Shown: piece by piece, positions 18,826-27,556 of the stretch
Layout: every line of letters starts with the position of its first letter
Position numbering within the stretch: the first letter of the stretch is position 1
Notes under the pieces: generated by a model
What the model saw: the letters and a program-made list of their open reading frames with translations, nothing else
The model's database searches: none
What the model was told of the DNA's origin: nothing
NCBI GenBank assembly: GCA_963765025.1
Contig: CAVXVM010000106.1
Coordinates: 49,017 to 113,016, forward strand
Source of the DNA: an uncultured Acidobacteriaceae bacterium
GTDB taxonomy: Bacteria > Acidobacteriota > Terriglobia > Terriglobales > Acidobacteriaceae
Direction: 5' to 3'
Length of the DNA: 64,000 nucleotides
Translations under genes and position numbers: made by a program

Positions 18826-20381
18826 CAGGCTTCGCGATCCGCTGACAAAGCGCGCCTTTGGATTCCGAGCGGCATTTGTGCTATATTTTTGAAGGTGCGG
18901 GTCGAGAATTTCCCGCTCAAACCGTGCGCAAATTCCCGCGCAGCGCGGTTTTTCCTTAGAAAACTGGACGCGTAGCTCAACTGGCAGAGCATTCGGCTCT
19001 TAACCGACAGGTTGTAGGTTCGATTCCTACCGCGTCCACCAATTGAATTCAGAGACTTACACCGCTTCATTACTCCCTTAACATCCTCAGAATTAGCCAA
19101 CTGTGGGGACTTTTGTGGGTACCCCCCATCAAAACCCTGCGCATTTGTGGGCGATTCTGCGCAATCCAGATCTCCATAATTGACCGTGTGTGCGTTTTCA
19201 ATTTTTGCCGTAGCACGCTGCTTGCCTGTCGGCTTACCCACGTTCTGCAACCCATGTGGGGACTCTTGTGGGTACCCCTCGGCCCGTCCTGTCTTCTGGC
19301 CGGATTCCGCAGTCGCCGTGGTCGACCGTACCCTGACTATGGACTCCAGAGCATGGCGCTTCGCTTCCATGCGAATGTGGCTGTAATGCTTGAGCATCTG
19401 CTTGGAAACGTGCCCAGCGATATCCATGATGGTCTGATCGCCAGCGCCGCTTTCCGCAAGGTCGGTGATTAGGGTGTGCCGGTTGTCGTGCCAGCGGCCC
19501 TTAACCTGGGCATTCGTGCGCACGTTATTCCACGCCGTCTTAAGGGTAGTGACAGGGCGAGTAGGGTCACTCGGACTCGGTTTCCCGAAAGGAAAGACGT
19601 ACCATTCCGTACGAGGCTTTCCGAACTTCTCTTGATACCAGCTGACATACTCGGAGAAGACCTCCAAGAGTGTCGAATTCAAGGGAATCGTTCGTCCTTC
19701 GCCCGCTTCTGTCTTGCTCTGGCCCACTGCCAGGTAATTCTTGGTGAAGTCTAGCTGACCCCAAGTCAAAGTCCTGATCTCGGCGTCGCGCATACCGGCG
19801 TTGAGCGCCAGCGTCAACGCGAGATAGATGTGCGGGGAGCGAGCCTTGCGGGCCTCATCCAGCATCCGGTCCTTTTCCGCCGGGGTATAGGCTTTTCCGA
19901 CTGTCTGGCGAACCTTCAGCTTGAGCATCTTCCTTTTGCGGAGGCGGATTCGGAGCAAATCGCCCGGATCGCCCAGGATGCGAAGCAGAAAGCCCACTTC
20001 TTCATTGACGCTCTTCGGTGCGGCGCTCTCGCCGAGGCGCGCATTCTGGTAGTGAATGATGGTAGCCTCGTTGAAATCGACAAGCATCTTGCCGCCAAGA
20101 AGTTGCTTCAAATGATCGATTGCATATTCGGCAAAGCGCGCTGACTGAGGCAGGCGCAATTTGTAGGCATCAAAATACTCGTCGGCCATGTCGCTGAATG
20201 TACGGATGCGCTCGTGACGCAGGTCGGTGAAGTTGTTGAAGCCAGCCTCCAACTCGCGTTTGCGCTTCTGCTCGGCCCCTTTGGCAACGGTTTTCGAGGG
20301 AGACTTTGAGGATTCGCGGATGCGCCGTCCCGCGAACCAGAACTCGTACCACCAAACATCACCGCGCCGGAAGAGACTCAT
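18642..20381 (-). CDS. Tyrosine recombinase / phage-type integrase; the ORF has no stop until 18642 and reads through the tRNA
   Basis: The N-terminal SAM-like and catalytic domains are clear (MRDAEIRTLTWGQLDF, RWHDNRHTLITDLAESG, IAGHVSKQMLKHYSHIR). The catalytic domain ends near 19340. The remaining roughly 230 codons include the antisense translation of the tRNA (GGRGRNRTYNLSVKSRMLCQLSYAS) and overlap 184 nt of the ackA 3' end. Confidence 0.8.
   Translation of the reverse strand: MSLFRRGDVWWYEFWFAGRRIRESSKSPSKTVAKGAEQKRKRELEAGFNNFTDLRHERIRTFSDMADEYFDAYKLRLPQSARFAEYAIDHLKQLLGGKMLVDFNEATIIHYQNARLGESAAPKSVNEEVGFLLRILGDPGDLLRIRLRKRKMLKLKVRQTVGKAYTPAEKDRMLDEARKARSPHIYLALTLALNAGMRDAEIRTLTWGQLDFTKNYLAVGQSKTEAGEGRTIPLNSTLLEVFSEYVSWYQEKFGKPRTEWYVFPFGKPSPSDPTRPVTTLKTAWNNVRTNAQVKGRWHDNRHTLITDLAESGAGDQTIMDIAGHVSKQMLKHYSHIRMEAKRHALESIVRVRSTTATAESGQKTGRAEGYPQESPHGLQNVGKPTGKQRATAKIENAHTVNYGDLDCAESPTNAQGFDGGYPQKSPQLANSEDVKGVMKRCKSLNSIGGRGRNRTYNLSVKSRMLCQLSYASSFLRKNRAAREFAHGLSGKFSTRTFKNIAQMPLGIQRRALSADREACHRTASNSPTGLSACSSSPSEPDSSESMRTTWLTMIKSSAGGITRTVTGESSAEMTALPRA
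18858..18887 (+). promoter_or_regulatory. Candidate sigma70-type promoter upstream of tRNA-Lys
   Basis: TTGGAT (18858-18863), 18-nt spacer, TATATT (18882-18887), about 75 nt upstream of the tRNA. A CCGCG-CAG-CGCGG hairpin plus T5 (18936-18953) lies in between, so the interpretation is uncertain. Confidence 0.25.
18965..19040 (+). tRNA. tRNA-Lys: tRNA-Lys (anticodon CTT), CCA encoded
   Basis: Manual fold: acceptor GGACGCG/CGCGTCC, D arm GCTC-AACTGGCA-GAGC, anticodon arm TTCGG-CTCTTAA-CCGAC (U33, CTT, A37; one 27:43 mismatch), variable AGGTT, T arm GTAGG-TTCGATT-CCTAC, discriminator A, then CCA. Confidence 0.9.
19102..19278. repeat. Two 24-nt direct repeats TGTGGGGACTYTTGTGGGTACCCC (19102-19125 and 19255-19278)
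   Basis: The copies match at 23 of 24 nt and start 153 bp apart. They lie between the tRNA 3' end and the integrase catalytic domain. Candidate arm-type recombinase binding sites. Confidence 0.6.
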
Positions 20382-20404
20382 CAGAATGGCTCCAGTTCTC
20401 CTGC

Positions 20405-20947
20405 TTACGCTCTTTCTGGAAGGAAAGAGTCAATCGAGGATGCGCGCCGGATCGTGCGCACATCCAGAAACATCTTTTGCGGGCCGGTTGCAGATGCGCC
20501 TTCCAGAGGCAGAAAGCCGTACCGCGCATACCATCCTGCCTTATCGGGATAGGCGTCGGTGATGATACAGCGGCAGCCAACTTCGTCGGCCACGCGCAGG
20601 GTGATTTTGAGCGCCTCCGCTATCATGGCGTGGCCCAACCCCCTGCCACTGAAACGCTTGTCCACCGCCAGGCGCGCCAGCAAGATCAACGGCAGGTCGT
20701 AGGGAGGCAAGCCGCGCACATACTTCTGGGGAAAGCGGTCGCGGGGCACACTGGATGTGGCCAACGTGAAATAGCCCAGCACGGTGCGGGGCGCGGATTC
20801 GTCCACCGCGGCATACGTTACGCCGATAGACACTTTCTCCTGATTCGTCCACGCATGGCGCCTCAGATAATTGTTGAGCGGCTCATCTCCACAATCGAAG
20901 TTCTCAACTTCGTCGAATTCTTCGAGACGACGGATCGTGACTGCCAC
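20405..20947 (-). CDS. GNAT-family acetyltransferase toxin (TacT/AtaT/KacT-like)
   Basis: 180 aa. N-terminal FDCGDEPLNNYLRRHA signature of GNAT toxins, plus acetyl-CoA site RLAVDKRFSGRGLGHAMI. GTG start 1 nt after the upstream gene's stop. Confidence 0.8.
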   Translation of the reverse strand: MAVTIRRLEEFDEVENFDCGDEPLNNYLRRHAWTNQEKVSIGVTYAAVDESAPRTVLGYFTLATSSVPRDRFPQKYVRGLPPYDLPLILLARLAVDKRFSGRGLGHAMIAEALKITLRVADEVGCRCIITDAYPDKAGWYARYGFLPLEGASATGPQKMFLDVRTIRRASSIDSFLPERA

Positions 20948-20948
20948 G

Positions 20949-21362
20949 CTATTTCCTCATGGCCCGAATGAGGGCGTTGGTGGGTTCAGCAGGCTGCCCG
21001 GATGCAAGTTCAGCAAGGCTCTCCAGTTCCTTGTCCGTCCATTGAACATCGACGTGCGGCAGGGTCACTTCCGGGGCAACGCGCTCCAGGCGGGGGAAGA
21101 GCAGAATTTTTCGCTCTCCTGTCGAACTCTCACTGACGATGCGATGGCCGCGCTTCCGCTCCGAGACAGCCCAACGGAGCAGTGCGAGAGCATCAGAGAG
21201 AAAGTCCGTATTGCTCGTCATTTGCAGTTCCGCCTTGAGGACCCTCACCATGCTGTCTTCCGAGGGCGCGAGGTCGGCTTGAAACTTTGTTTTACGAGGC
21301 GTTGGAGTCTTGGCCGGGAGCGTCGCCGCTTTCTTCGATTTTTCTTTGACCGCTTGGGGCAT
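20949..21362 (-). CDS. Putative antitoxin partner of the GNAT toxin (DUF1778-like C-terminus)
   Basis: AGGAGG lies 8 nt before ATG 21362. The C-terminal ...WTDKELESLAELASGQPAEPTNALIRAMRK resembles the DUF1778 tail. At about 137 aa it is longer than typical TacA-type antitoxins. Confidence 0.55.
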   Translation of the reverse strand: MPQAVKEKSKKAATLPAKTPTPRKTKFQADLAPSEDSMVRVLKAELQMTSNTDFLSDALALLRWAVSERKRGHRIVSESSTGERKILLFPRLERVAPEVTLPHVDVQWTDKELESLAELASGQPAEPTNALIRAMRK

Positions 21363-21489
21363 AGGAGTCCTCCTGACACAAGTATACTCCGATTGCATCG
21401 TAAAATCGAGTGTCTTTCGATTCATGGTGCAGTTCCTGGGAATTCCGTTGACGTGGTTAGGGGCCTCTGCGGTGATCTGCGCATTTTCC

Positions 21490-21735
21490 TCATCGCGATC
21501 TTCCGACCGGCTCGATGCTTCTCACGGGCTGGGGCATGAATCGTTCGGCGATATTCTCGCCGCCGCTCGGCTGGGCCTGCTCCCACCGGGTCAGTTCTTC
21601 CTCGGCATAACGAACCAGGGAACCGAATTTGCGGAATATCGGCCCACGGTTCTCCAGCCGCCACCGGCGCAGAGTGGCAAGGCTGATGTGCGTTCGTTGC
21701 GCCACTTCGACTTCAGTCAGGAATTGTGTGCTCAT
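21490..21735 (-). CDS. AlpA/excisionase-family HTH protein
   Basis: FLTEVEVAQRTHISLATLRRWRLENRGPIFRKFGSLVRY matches the MerR-like excisionase HTH_17 pattern. The ORF is open to 21753. Confidence 0.7.
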   Translation of the reverse strand: MSTQFLTEVEVAQRTHISLATLRRWRLENRGPIFRKFGSLVRYAEEELTRWEQAQPSGGENIAERFMPQPVRSIEPVGRSR

Positions 21736-22098
21736 ATTTGATTGAATCCTCATTTGCTTTTTTCAGGAACTGTCCGCCAGATTATGTTCTTGCAGGACGC
21801 CTACAAACCCGCCTTCGCCAAGCCTGCCTCAATGCGACCGCCAACCAACTTTTCTCCAGAATGCCCCGCACGGTTATGTTTTTGCGCCTGGTATGAGCGA
21901 AGCCCCTCCACTCGTTCTGCGGCGAACATTTGCACTTTGCGCCGCCCTTTTTCCACGCCTATTCCCCATCTCCACCATCACCAACGGCACGTACATAGCA
22001 TACCATATAACTGACAGCATATATGTAATAAAGCTGAAATCGAAATGGTTTCCCCATAGATCTCGTTTCTGCCTCGCGCAATTGAAATTAGGGCGCGT

Positions 22099-22400
22099 TC
22101 ACATTAATGTCAGGGCCTCAACGATCAGTGTGAGGCGACGGAAGGCCAGGAAGGCGGTGTCGATTGTTTCGAATCTATAGAAGGATCGGTAACGGCAAAC
22201 GCCAATTGCGCCTGGAGGGCTTTGCGATTCCCTTTGACGGTCTTCTCAAACCGTGTCGGTCCTGGGATCGCGCATTGGGCTGAAGTCAACAGTTGAGCCG
22301 AAGCCCACTTGTCCGGAAAGCCGTGACGAATCGTCCATGTGGATCCGCTTTCTCGATGAGTGACTTCGCGATTTGCTGTCCGAAAAGTTAAAGAACAACG
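22099..22400 (-). pseudogene. Possible degraded IS5-family (DDE) transposase C-terminal remnant
   Basis: The minus-strand translation ending at TGA (22099-22101) reads RYRSFYRFETIDTAFLAFRRLTLIVEALTLM*. This resembles the ...FRRIATRYEKTxxxFLAxxxLAxxxIWL tail of IS5-type transposases. Upstream pieces lie in other frames (RFEKTVKGNRKALQAQLAFAV). Confidence 0.3.
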
Positions 22401-22461
22401 GGATACTACTTTATCGTGGCCAGTCCACGTATGGAGCGCACAAAGCGCGCAACTTCCAACT

Positions 22462-23430
22462 CTATTCCAATATAGCCTCCTTCAGGGCAGCTTGGTGTCT
22501 CCGCTGAACCCAGACCGCGGCGGCGCCTGCAAGGCCGACATCATTTTGAAGACTTGCCGTGCGAACCATTGTTTTTTCCGACGGTACCTCACGGCAACGA
22601 CTCCGAAATGCCTCCACTGCTCGATCAAGAAACGTATCAGAACTGAGCGTGAGCCCACCTCCGATGGTGATCAGGCCGGGCACGAGAATCGTCGTCAGGT
22701 TGGCGAGCCCCAATCCTACATAGTAGCTAAGACGGTCAATCGCCTTGCCCGCCAGCGCATCACCTGCGCGATTGAGCTCACAAATCGTTTCCGCACTGAA
22801 TGAATCCGCCGTGAATCTGTGACTGTGATCATTTTCCAGGTACCATTCCCTGATGGCGTTGCCCGACGCCAGGCTTTCCCAGCAACCACTCGCCCCGCAA
22901 TAACATTTCGGTCCACTCGGATCGATGGTGTGGTGCCCCATCTCTGGGTGGGCACCGTCCACTCCTCGATACACCTGCCCCTGCTGGAGAAAGCCGGTAC
23001 CAATTCCCGTGCTCAGGGTGACATAAAGAAAACGATCAACGCCGATACCGCTGCCCCAGGTTGCTTCGGCGAGTGCTGCCGCGTCGGCATCGTTTTCCAT
23101 GGCAACGGGAACGGAAAACCGTTTTGCCAACTCGTCCACTAATTTGAGACCTTGCCAGCCCGGCAAGTTAGCGACTTTGCCGACAACGCCGCTGATTGGA
23201 TCAACTGGTCCCGTGCATCCAATTCCAATGCTAGAGATAGGAGTACTTGCTTCGCGTAGACATTCGTTCAATTTGGATTCAATGGCATCCAGAGCAGCTG
23301 CACCATCCGGCAAACTATCCGTGCGAATATTGCGCCGGTTCTCGATCTGACCGTCGAGGGTAACCAGGCCTATCGCCACCTTCGTGCCGCCGATGTCGAT
23401 GGCTCCAATGAGATCCCGGTCGTCCGTCAT
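22462..23430 (-). CDS. ROK-family sugar kinase
   Basis: IDIGGTKVAIG ATP-binding N-terminus and the Zn motif CYCGASGCWE. Confidence 0.85.
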   Translation of the reverse strand: MTDDRDLIGAIDIGGTKVAIGLVTLDGQIENRRNIRTDSLPDGAAALDAIESKLNECLREASTPISSIGIGCTGPVDPISGVVGKVANLPGWQGLKLVDELAKRFSVPVAMENDADAAALAEATWGSGIGVDRFLYVTLSTGIGTGFLQQGQVYRGVDGAHPEMGHHTIDPSGPKCYCGASGCWESLASGNAIREWYLENDHSHRFTADSFSAETICELNRAGDALAGKAIDRLSYYVGLGLANLTTILVPGLITIGGGLTLSSDTFLDRAVEAFRSRCREVPSEKTMVRTASLQNDVGLAGAAAVWVQRRHQAALKEAILE

Positions 23431-23440
23431 TGTCTCCTCG

Positions 23441-24799
23441 TCAGTCCTCTTCTGGAGAGGTTACCAATTCCAGCCGGTTGCGGAACCCGTTGGTTCGGAC
23501 TGCACAGTAAACGAATCCGATCGCAAGCCACACTGTGCCGGCAATCTTGGCCACCGGACGAAGTCCCCACCATATGCCGAGACAAACCAGGAAGCCAGCA
23601 ACCGGCAATACCGTTCCGAGAAGCCGGCCGAGTAGGCTCTTCCTTTTTGAATCGACAAACATTCGCTTTGCCGATGCGAGATTGACTCCCATGAATGCGA
23701 TGAATGCTCCGTAGTTCAAGAGCTCTGCACCAAATTGATAGGTCAGAAGAAGTGCGCCCACGAGCATCAACGAGCCAGTCAGCAGAATGTTGTTGCGCGG
23801 CGTGTTGCGTTTCGGTTCGAGCTGGCCGAAGAAGCCTTTCGGAATCACATTGTCACGTCCCATGGCGTAAAGGAGCCTGACTGAACCAAGCTGTGCTCCA
23901 ATGCTCGATCCAACGGTTGCCATGAGCAAAGTGAAATTCATCAGGTTGAACATCCAAGGGCCAGCGGCGCGCCCGGCAACCGCAACGAATGCCGTGTCGA
24001 TATCGGGGTAGGTTCTGAAATTCGGCCAGATCAGTTGGCCTGCATACACTTCAAGACCTCCGAGGATACCTGTCACCAGGCAAAGGGAAACGGTGGCGAG
24101 CATGATATTTCGTTCTGGATTCTTTACGTCCTCAGAAAGCGTGCTGATGCTATCGAATCCCATATAGGTAAGTACGGCAATGGACGTGCCCGTTCTCATC
24201 GCGCCCCAGGAGAAAGTTGCTGGATTGTAGAACGGGAGGCTCGAAAACAACGCCGAGATTCCCGTGTGATCCCAAAGATAACCGGTGGCGACCACAAAGA
24301 ATGTAATCAGGACAGTGAACATTCCGATCGTCATGATTGTGTTGGTACGTGCATTCATGCGAATGCCGAGTAAGTTCACTGTTGCAAATGCGGCTGCGAA
24401 GAACATGGCCCAGGCGAAGAAAGGGAGCGGGACAATATTCATTGCCGCTTTGCTGCACCAGATAACCCCGATGGTTGGGTTCAGAATGTAATCGAGTGTG
24501 ATGCTCCATCCAGTGAGTAACCCGAGATTTGGATGAAGTTCTCGACCCACAAAGGTGTATGCCGATCCGGCATTCGGATAGGCGCGGGCCATTCGCCCAT
24601 AGCTCAGCGCGGTCAACATCATGGCAACCATGGCGACCAGGATTGCCGTGACCGCATGACCACGCGAGACAACGTTCACAATGCCAAACGACGGCAATGG
24701 CGCCGTCGGCTGGATGATCACGATCCCATAGAACATGAGGTCCCAGAAACTGAGGACTCTCCGTAGACGCTGCGGTTTGTTGGTCCGCTCTTCTGTCAA
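23441..24799 (-). CDS. APC-superfamily amino acid/polyamine permease
   Basis: 452 aa, about 12 TM segments, N-terminal RVLSFWDLMFYGIVIIQPTAPL typical of APC permeases. Confidence 0.85.
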   Translation of the reverse strand: MTEERTNKPQRLRRVLSFWDLMFYGIVIIQPTAPLPSFGIVNVVSRGHAVTAILVAMVAMMLTALSYGRMARAYPNAGSAYTFVGRELHPNLGLLTGWSITLDYILNPTIGVIWCSKAAMNIVPLPFFAWAMFFAAAFATVNLLGIRMNARTNTIMTIGMFTVLITFFVVATGYLWDHTGISALFSSLPFYNPATFSWGAMRTGTSIAVLTYMGFDSISTLSEDVKNPERNIMLATVSLCLVTGILGGLEVYAGQLIWPNFRTYPDIDTAFVAVAGRAAGPWMFNLMNFTLLMATVGSSIGAQLGSVRLLYAMGRDNVIPKGFFGQLEPKRNTPRNNILLTGSLMLVGALLLTYQFGAELLNYGAFIAFMGVNLASAKRMFVDSKRKSLLGRLLGTVLPVAGFLVCLGIWWGLRPVAKIAGTVWLAIGFVYCAVRTNGFRNRLELVTSPEED

Positions 24800-24818
24800 A
24801 ATGTCCGCTATCTTCTTG

Positions 24819-27497
24819 CTAGTGTCCGGTCAAGTCGGAAGTGCTCAGCGCAGATTTTACAGAAGGCGAGAGACTAAAGCTTTGCAATTGCCATGGCATT
24901 GCGCTCGTTTGGAGTTTCCCGTTCGTCAATGGTTTTAGCCTGAAGTTGGTTTCAATATGCGTAATCGCAGACGCCTTTTGTAGTCCGCCGTTGACGCTGA
25001 CCGTGAAGCTTTCGGCCTTAGGGGAAAGATTCCAAAATCTCGCCACGAGTCCCTTGTCAATCCCGTCTTCAGAGGGCTTGATGGCCCAGAGCAGAGCATC
25101 GGAGTTCGATGTCGTCAGCAAGGAGAACTTTGTCTCCGGGTACGCCTTGCCACCTGTGACGCGTCCGGCGACCAAAGGATTCTGATCCTCCAAGGCAAAG
25201 CGCATTGAACTTGCAGCATTGAACCTGCCCTGCACGCGAAGCGCAAAGCGCTGAAGAAAGTGGCTGTCTCCTCCCTGTGCAGGAATGCCCAGGCTCGGGC
25301 CGTCCACTTGTCCCCCGGCAAGAACGGAAATTTGCGGCGTGGCAGTGTCCAATTCCGATTTGCCATCGGTAATCTTGCTGTGACCGAGCTTCATGAAAGC
25401 GTCATCGGAGTTCGACAGTGTAATGCCAATACCGTCAGAGCCGCTCATGGCGACAAAGTGGTTCAGCGTGAGCCAATCAAGGCGCGAGAAGGCAGCAGCA
25501 TAGTCACCCTCTGGTTGGAGCCGTGCGTGATTGATGGCTCCAATCTCTTCATGCCAAACATCGGGCGAACGAAGATTGAAGCTGAAGGCCCACGTCTCCA
25601 CATCAGAGAAGTTGGCGGTTATTTCGTTGCGAATCGCGATTCGATCGGAACCGCTGAAGATCGTAACTTCTGTCGTATGCGGAATCGGCTTGCCGGCCTT
25701 GGCCAGGAGTGTGATTGAGACTGGGCCGGAATTCTTCAGAGTGACGGTCCCTTCTCCGGGCCCGAGATCGTTCAGTCCACGGCCGTCGATTTCTGAGGCT
25801 AACTCTCTTCCGGCGAGCTTCTTGTCCACGAGACTTTCAATTGAGCCGCGACCGCTCAACCGCAGCCGGTAGCTCTCATTCTCCATTGAGTCGCCGGTGA
25901 CCTTCAATGGTGTGGCAGGAGCCGTCAACTTGCCTGCGGCCACTTCAAACACCTTATATCCAACCGAAGGTACATCCGTTGCAAGAATGCGAAGGACACG
26001 TCTCGGGATTCCGTCATCCGCAGCGACGTCCGCAAACTGCGACGGCACCGCCTTGCCTGTCGTCAGGTCCACGACGTGAATAGCTTCAGGTCCATCGTAG
26101 GGTAAATCCGCCACATCGGTCCTAACCCAGTTGAGAGGATTGAAGACAAAATAGCGCGGCTGCCCTCCGTGACTTTGAATGAGTGTCCCCAACTCCTGCA
26201 CGGACTTTTCTGAAAGATCATCCACATAGGACGTGATGTTCATTGCCGTCCGCCGCTGCCAGTCTGCTCGAATTGATCGCGGTAGTGTGTGGCTGTCTGC
26301 GGTCCAGTCGTGTTCCCAAAACAGTCCGTAAGATGTCCAGGCATGGTCGCGTGCCGCAATAAATTGCTTCGGGAAATCGGGCTGCTTGAGACTCACGAGT
26401 GTCTCAAGGGCCTCTGCAGACCTCAGCCGCTCCGTGGCCCGACGGACGCTTGATGAGACCTCCTGCATCGATGCAGAGTACATGTCCCATTCGTTCCCGA
26501 ACGATCCAGACACTGTTGGGAGCTTCGAACCATAATGTTCTTCAAAGTCGTGAAAGAAGTCCTCTTCATTGGAGACAATGACCTCTCGACCTGGTCGCGA
26601 GAGCGTCTTGGCCGCCTTCACAAAGTTGTCGTTCATCGTGCTGAGGTTATCGCCACCTTCTCCGAAAAATCCGTAAATATTGTACGGATAGTTGGCTCTG
26701 AAACTTGGATTCTTCAGGAACGAAATGTCGTTTTCTGCTGACGGATCCCGCGCCTCCAGATAGGTTCCTGGGAAATAGGCACCTTTCCCCCTGAATTCAT
26801 TGTGTATCGAGTACCACTTCATAAGGATCTTGCTGTCGTCAGGCCCCTTCCACCAATAGATTTCGTGCGGACGCTGCTGAAAGATGATTGGGCCCATTTT
26901 TGTCGCGCATCCACAAATTCCTCGCCAGCTGTATTTGGCGCCGGCTCCGGCCCAAAGTGCACCAAGTCCGTTAGGCAGAGTCTGGTCTTCCATTGCAATT
27001 GCCATCGGAAAGTTCAATCCGTAGCGCCGCTCGACCGAGCCAGCATAGTACATTCCCCGAAGAACAGCTTCGGTAGGCATCCCCCCGTAGGTCGACACTG
27101 CAAATGTCAGCGGCATGCTGAAGTGGCCATCCCGCAGGCGCGACACAAGTCTGTCAACCTGCTTCTGGTCCTGATTGTTTTCCCATATCCACATCCAGAT
27201 GGTTCCGTCGAGATTCCATCGACTTTGGAAATCCTTTGGCTCGTTCGCAGTTTTATCGCTGAGATCCAGATAGTAGTCCGTCATCTGCAGGATGGCTTGC
27301 CGATAAGTCTCTTCGTCTCCCGTCCACACGTAATCGGTATGGTCGTCTGGTGCGATGTAAATCCTCTCCTGCTGTGCCCGAGCAATCGACGTCGTGAACA
27401 AGGACGCAAGAACCACAACCAGGGCCATCCAATGCAGCGTAAGCCGACGGAACTTCACCAAAGAGTGCATTACGTCTCCTGATTCAAACCTGTTCAC
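24819..27497 (-). CDS. Secreted glycoside hydrolase, GH38-like (alpha-mannosidase family), tentative
   Basis: 892 aa with a Sec signal. The N-terminal IYIAPDDHTDYVW resembles the GH38 metal-binding HxHxD..W region. The family call rests on recollection only. Confidence 0.45.
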   Translation of the reverse strand: MNRFESGDVMHSLVKFRRLTLHWMALVVVLASLFTTSIARAQQERIYIAPDDHTDYVWTGDEETYRQAILQMTDYYLDLSDKTANEPKDFQSRWNLDGTIWMWIWENNQDQKQVDRLVSRLRDGHFSMPLTFAVSTYGGMPTEAVLRGMYYAGSVERRYGLNFPMAIAMEDQTLPNGLGALWAGAGAKYSWRGICGCATKMGPIIFQQRPHEIYWWKGPDDSKILMKWYSIHNEFRGKGAYFPGTYLEARDPSAENDISFLKNPSFRANYPYNIYGFFGEGGDNLSTMNDNFVKAAKTLSRPGREVIVSNEEDFFHDFEEHYGSKLPTVSGSFGNEWDMYSASMQEVSSSVRRATERLRSAEALETLVSLKQPDFPKQFIAARDHAWTSYGLFWEHDWTADSHTLPRSIRADWQRRTAMNITSYVDDLSEKSVQELGTLIQSHGGQPRYFVFNPLNWVRTDVADLPYDGPEAIHVVDLTTGKAVPSQFADVAADDGIPRRVLRILATDVPSVGYKVFEVAAGKLTAPATPLKVTGDSMENESYRLRLSGRGSIESLVDKKLAGRELASEIDGRGLNDLGPGEGTVTLKNSGPVSITLLAKAGKPIPHTTEVTIFSGSDRIAIRNEITANFSDVETWAFSFNLRSPDVWHEEIGAINHARLQPEGDYAAAFSRLDWLTLNHFVAMSGSDGIGITLSNSDDAFMKLGHSKITDGKSELDTATPQISVLAGGQVDGPSLGIPAQGGDSHFLQRFALRVQGRFNAASSMRFALEDQNPLVAGRVTGGKAYPETKFSLLTTSNSDALLWAIKPSEDGIDKGLVARFWNLSPKAESFTVSVNGGLQKASAITHIETNFRLKPLTNGKLQTSAMPWQLQSFSLSPSVKSALSTSDLTGH

Positions 27498-27556
27498 TGA
27501 AATTGAACCGAAACTCCAAAACTGAACCCGTAGCGAACAAATGTGGAACGATCAAC

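Larger units (their letters stand above)
19041..22400. mobile_element. Small integrated element at the 3' end of tRNA-Lys (integrase, GNAT TA pair, excisionase, transposase remnant)
   Basis: The gene content is typical of tRNA-targeting islands, and 21750-22100 is AT-richer by eye. The right boundary is approximate because I found no attR copy of the tRNA 3' end. Confidence 0.5.

Noticed and set aside
18960-19045. Peptide GGRGRNRTYNLSVKSRMLCQLSYAS in the integrase ORF as a real protein segment
   Set aside because: It is the well-known antisense translation of a tRNA gene and has no protein-domain meaning. It is kept only as evidence of read-through.
22084-22097. 12-nt identity (GAAATTAGGGCG) with 63882-63893 as possible element termini
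   Set aside because: Exact matches of this length are expected by chance several times in 64 kb, and there is no extended similarity around them.
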